The notes beneath the pieces are model-generated. The model searched no databases and had not been told where the DNA came from. It saw nothing but the letters and a program-made list of their open reading frames with translations. A program made the translations under genes and the position numbers. From Octopus sinensis (taxonomy: Eukaryota), in the NCBI RefSeq assembly GCF_006345805.1, contig NW_021836218.1, positions 1 through 25,830 on the forward strand: a stretch of 25,830 nucleotides of DNA, read 5' to 3'. Positions 21,043 through 25,830 of the stretch are shown one piece after another (position 1 is the stretch's first letter; each line of letters begins with the position of its first letter).

Positions 21043-21079
21043 TATTATATTATATTATTATTATGAACCCGACAAAATC

Positions 21080-21302
21080 CTTTTGCATTCTGGTTTCAAA
21101 TTTTGGCGCCAGGCCAGCAATTTTAGAGGTGGGGTTAAGTCAGTTTCATTGGCTTCTAATTATCAACATTTACTCATTTCAAAGCCCCCCAAAAAAATGA
21201 AAGACAAAGTTGACTTTGGTAGAATTTGAACTCAGAACTTAAAGATGGATGAAATGCCGATAAGAATTTTGACAGGTGTGGTAATAATTCTGCCAGCTAC
21301 CT
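21080..21302 (-). mobile_element. Family A SINE, diverged
   Basis: ATGAAAGACAAAGTTGAC..GAATTTGAACTCAGAAC..ATTCTGCCAGCT are reverse complements of the family A body and head. Confidence 0.78.
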
Positions 21303-21345
21303 GCATTAATGATAACAATAATAACAATAATAATAATAATAATAA

Positions 21346-21505
21346 TGGGCTTCTGATCTTAATTGATTAGAAGTGTTATCATGTACATTGTTTTGTCTTG
21401 GTATAAAAAGATGGGCTACAGCAAATATTCTGCTCAATACCACAGATTTGCTTGTCAGTTGTTTGACCTTAACCAGTTGAGCATGTCCCTTAGTGGCTGA
21501 CTCAA
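21346..21505 (+). mobile_element. Family D element with a large internal deletion, followed by an (AAT)n tail to 21608
   Basis: Colinear with 21645-21797, then jumps from GTGGCTGA to the terminal CTCAAT motif. Confidence 0.83.
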
Positions 21506-21609
21506 TGATAATAATAATAATGATAATAATAATAATGATAATAATAATAATGATAATAATAATAATGATAATAATAATAATAATAATAACAATAATAATA
21601 ATAATGATA

Positions 21610-21803
21610 AATGCCCTGATGCAGTACCAGGCAGTGGCTCTCATGGCTTCTGATCTTAACTGATTGGAAGTGTTATCATGTACATTGTTTTGTCTTGGTA
21701 TAAAAGATGGACTACAGCAAATATTCTGCTCAATACCACAGATTTGCTTGTCAGTTGTTTGACCATAACCAGATGACCATGTCCCTTAGTGGCTGACGAT
21801 ATG
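21610..21803 (+). mobile_element. Family D element, opposite-end fragment
   Basis: ATGCCCTGATGCAGTACCAGG...CTTAGTGGCTGACGATATG; its last 115 bp or so are the reverse complement of about 20920-21034. Confidence 0.85.
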
Positions 21804-21949
21804 TCACCCTGGTTGGAACCAGGTGAACAATGCCAGGTAAGAGATATATTTGCTGTAATACATCTGCTTCAACAAATTTTTGTCTGGGGCCGATGCAAGC
21901 ATGGTAATGAAAGCATAAAAGAATGGTGATGAATTGTGAGTGATGAGGC

Positions 21950-22615
21950 ATTATGATGACAATGATATGATGATGACATGATTTAGATGATGAATGATGA
22001 TGATGATGATGACAATGATGATGATGATGACAATGATAATGATGAATGACGACGATGATGATGATGATGACAATGATGATGACGATGATGATGATGATGA
22101 CGATGACAATAGTGATGACGACGATGATAATGATGATGATGATGATGACGACGATGATGATGACGACAATGATGATGATGACGATGATAATGACGATGAT
22201 AATGATGATGATGGCATTAATTATGCTGTTGCTGATGATAATGACAATGATGATGGTGATGATGATGATGATGATGATAATGGTTGTGGTGATGATGACG
22301 ACGATGATGATGATGACGATGATGATGAAGATGATGATCATGAAGATGATGATCATGAAGATGGTGACGATGATGATGATAATGATGGTGATGCTGGTGA
22401 TGATGGCGACAATGGTGTTGATAATGCAATGACGACAATAATGTCGATGACGATAGTAATGATGACAATGGTCATGACGACGGCAATCGTAATGATGATG
22501 ATGATGACTCTGGTAGCGATGGCAATGATTATGAAGAAGATGATGATGATGATGAGGATTGTCGTTGTCGTCATGGTGATGGTGATGGTTATGATGGTAA
22601 TAATGATAATTTGTA
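21950..22615. repeat. Degenerate (GAT/GAC)n tract
   Basis: Direct reading; source of the D-, M- and S/I-rich ORFs. Confidence 0.93.
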
Positions 22616-22679
22616 GATGGACTATTAAAATAAATGTGAAGACCTTTGTATTTCCTCTACTTTGTCTTCTTCTCTGATA

Positions 22680-22682
22680 AAA

Positions 22683-22715
<33 letters not shown>

Positions 22716-23027
22716 GGGGAGAGAGTGAGGTGGGGAGAAAAAAAGGTGGGGTATATATGCATGTGTTTGTGTGTGAGTGTGTGCGCGTGCGTGTGTCAGT
22801 GTATGAATGTCTGGATGTGTGATAGACTGCAGAGAAAGTTACATAAAAGAGTCTTGAAGAGACAGGAATGGTAAGAAAGAGAGAGAGAGTGGCAGTGTGA
22901 AAAAGAGAGTGAGAAAGGGGGGAGAAAGAGAGAGAGAGAGAGAGAGACAGAAAAAGACAGAATCATAAATGGATATAGAAACAGAAAGATAGATGGATAG
23001 ATGGATAGATAGATAGACAGACTGGTG

Positions 23028-23063
<36 letters not shown>

Positions 23064-23120
23064 TAGATGATAGATAGATAGATAGATAGATTAGATAGAT
23101 AGATAGATAGACAGACTGGT

Positions 23121-23174
<54 letters not shown>

Positions 23175-23184
23175 CAGACTGGTG

Positions 23185-23226
<42 letters not shown>

Positions 23227-23236
23227 CAGACTGGTG

Positions 23237-23286
<50 letters not shown>

Positions 23287-23770
23287 CATAAGACTGGTGG
23301 ATAGATATATATAGATTAGATAGATAGATAGATAGACAGACTGTTGGATAGATAGATAGATAGATAGATAGATAGAGAAAGAGAGAGAGAGAAGAGAGAG
23401 AGAGGGAGAGAAAGAGAGAGATGGTCAGAAAGAGAAAGACAGACAAACACATAGATAGATAGATAGATAGATAGACAGACAGATAGATAGACAGACAACA
23501 GACAGATAGATAGAGAGATAGATAGTAAAGTGATAGAAAAACTGATAAAAATTTATCTATCCATCCATCCACCCGTCCATACATCCATCTACCCATATCT
23601 ATCTATCTGTCTCTCTGTCTAACTATCTTTTCATCTATCTATCTATCTATCCATCTATCCATCCATACATCCATCAATCTAGGCATATCTGTCTGTCTGC
23701 CTATCTATATTATATGTATGTATGTATATGCTTGTTCCCATAATCTCTCTCCCCACTCTCTCTCTCTCTC
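22680..23770. repeat. (GA)n, (GT)n, (GATA)n with six GACTG(G/T)TG-containing motifs, then (TATC/TCCA)n and (TC)n
   Basis: The motif occurs near 23015, 23109, 23172, 23225, 23290, 23335. The purine strand switches at about 23550. Confidence 0.93.
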
Positions 23771-24159
23771 TTTATGTAAAATCACATTCATATATGCATA
23801 AGTACATATATCTGTGTCTTTTGGTGAAGTTCAAGCAATAATACAGCAAAAAGTTTTGAAGATAGAGAGAGAAGAGAGAGGAGAGGGTGAAAGTGAAACT
23901 GAAAGCAAAGCAAAGATGAAAAGTGAGAGAGAGAGAGAGAGCGATAGAAACAGAGAGAGAAGGCAAGGGAGAGAGAAGCAGGAAGGGGTCGATATGAAGA
24001 GAGAAAGAGAGAGAGACAGAGACATACAGACAGACAGAGAGATGGGGAGAGTGAGAAGGAAGCGAAGAGATTTGAAAACATTTGAAGTAGAAAGAAAATT
24101 AGCTGCCATTGCAGGAAACCGTAGTTGGTTGATTATCAAAGTAAACTGGAATATTTTGT

Positions 24160-24258
24160 ATGTGTGTGTGTGTGTGTATATATAATATATATATATATTA
24201 TATATATATACATACATACATATATATGTATGTATATATGTATGCATATATATATATT

Positions 24259-24314
<56 letters not shown>

Positions 24315-24657
24315 CATACATATATACATATGTGTGTATATATAATATATATATATATATATAATATATATATATATATATACATACATACATATATATA
24401 TATATGCACATATATATACATACATATATATATATATGCACATATATATACATACATATATATGTATGTATATATGTATGCATATATATATATATGTATA
24501 TATATATACATACATATATATATATATACATACATATATATATATATATATACATACATACATATATATATATATACATACATATATATATATATACATA
24601 CATACATATATATATATATACATACATACATATATATATATATATATGCACATATAT

Positions 24658-24715
<58 letters not shown>
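24160..24715. repeat. (TA)n/(TACA)n microsatellite
   Basis: Direct reading. Confidence 0.96.
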
Positions 24716-24847
24716 TCGCCGTTTAAGTTAATAATGATAAATCTAATGATAAATCTATAAAGTGTTACAGTTCTTTATCGATATATACATATATATATGT
24801 GTATGTATGTATAAGTGCATGCGTGATGTACGTATGTATGTGTTTAC

Positions 24848-24879
<32 letters not shown>

Positions 24880-24989
24880 TGTGTGTGTGGGCATCAGTTA
24901 GCGCCTCTCAAAATTATTCAAACTCAAATTTTGGATAAAGGCCAATTAAGCAATTGTTGAAATTTTTCAAATAGAAACACAAATTATTT

Positions 24990-25000
24990 TAAATAATAAC

Positions 25001-25068
<68 letters not shown>

Positions 25069-25445
25069 TGATAAAGAAACAGCAGAAATTTTTAAAAAAA
25101 AAAACACACAAAAAAAAAATAAAATAAAATAGCGCAATCATAGACGTCATCCTCATCATCACCATCATCACCATCATCATCATCATAACTACTCATTGCT
25201 ATCGTCGTTGTCGTCGTCATCAACACCATCACCATCATCATCAACACCAGAATCATCGTCTTCTTCATCACCATGATCACCACTAGAGTACATCACTATC
25301 ATCCTCCTCCTCCTCCTCGTCATCATCATCATAACTATTGTCATCATTATCCTCATCATGAGGATCATTATCATCATCATCATCATTACCACCACCACCA
25401 TCATCATGATCATCATCATCATCATCATCACCATCATCATCTGCA
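24990..25445. repeat. (AAT)n (24990-25070) and degenerate (CAT)n (25140-25445)
   Basis: Direct reading. Confidence 0.93.
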
Positions 25446-25830
25446 CCATCAGTTCTAGTAGTGACAGCAGCGGTTGTAGTAAGTTTGAGATAGCATGCAG
25501 ACCTACAGAGTTCAAACTGCGGTGAGATGCATTCAAAAGAATCGGCAGTGCAACACATATACAACAAAATCTGACCATATTCAGTTCCAGAACCTAATGT
25601 TCTGAGTTCAGATTTTGCCCTTCAACTCTCTCATACATACACACACACACACACATATATATATGTGCATATATGTAATATAGGTGCATAAAGGTTGTAT
25701 GAGGATTCATCCTTTAATTGGAAGTTTCCACCAAAGATTTCTAATGTTGATTCGTCATACTTTGCTGGAAGTTTACAGGTGTAAATTTGCGAAGATACGA
25801 AAGTAGTACTTATATAATATATAAAGAAAT

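Noticed and set aside
8317-21302. tRNA genes at the A-box/B-box motifs
   Set aside because: I could not build a cloverleaf, and each head continues into a shared SINE body and tail.
13729-21842. A single gene model joining the splice-like sites
   Set aside because: Signals lie on opposite strands (minus at 13.8 and 3.6 kb; plus at 18.2 and 21.8 kb) and give no coherent reading frame.
22832-22876. 38-nt candidate exon RKLHKRVLKRQE ending at ATG|GTAAGA
   Set aside because: The acceptor lacks a polypyrimidine tract and the segment sits in purine-rich simple repeats.
1047-25450. Dozens of ORFs rich in YI, CV, HT, SIYL, poly-I/M/H/N/D/P
   Set aside because: They are translations of (TA), (TG), (CA), (GATA), (GAT), (AAT) and (ACC) repeats, open in several frames on both strands, with no domain content.
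25445-25625. Cys-rich minus ORF (MLYMCCTADSFECISPQFELCRSAC) and a GTTCTGAGTTCAG fragment
   Set aside because: The ORF runs into the (GAT)n tract with no recognisable cysteine pattern; the last part resembles a decayed family A fragment too short to annotate.

Overview
AT-rich eukaryotic DNA made almost entirely of microsatellites, minisatellites, SINE-like retroposons and one MITE array. The repeat load and SINE types look like an octopod (coleoid cephalopod) genome; this is from recall, not a search. I find no convincing protein-coding gene, RNA gene or CRISPR array. Nearly all ORFs in the track are translations of simple repeats. The window reads as intronic or intergenic, with a few short unique islands carrying splice-like or regulatory-like motifs. 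Interspersed families carry my own local labels: A = tRNA-head SINE; B = bipartite tRNA/CORE-type SINE with internal microsatellite; C = (GAT)n-tailed element; D = (AAT)n-tailed element; M = piggyBac-like MITE. I cannot claim a new biological system. The best leads are (1) a 130-nt CpG-rich pseudoknot-like insert with HDV-ribozyme-like helix order at 8848-8977, (2) a MITE turned into a dimeric higher-order tandem repeat at 18890-20348, (3) a twin-priming-type 5' inversion in a SINE at 12880-13145, (4) closely spaced inverted repeats able to form long dsRNA at 12.3-13.4 kb and 20.3-21.8 kb, and (5) a minisatellite with four optimal TCF/LEF motifs at 1-515. Repeat boundaries are hand-read and accurate to about 10 bp.
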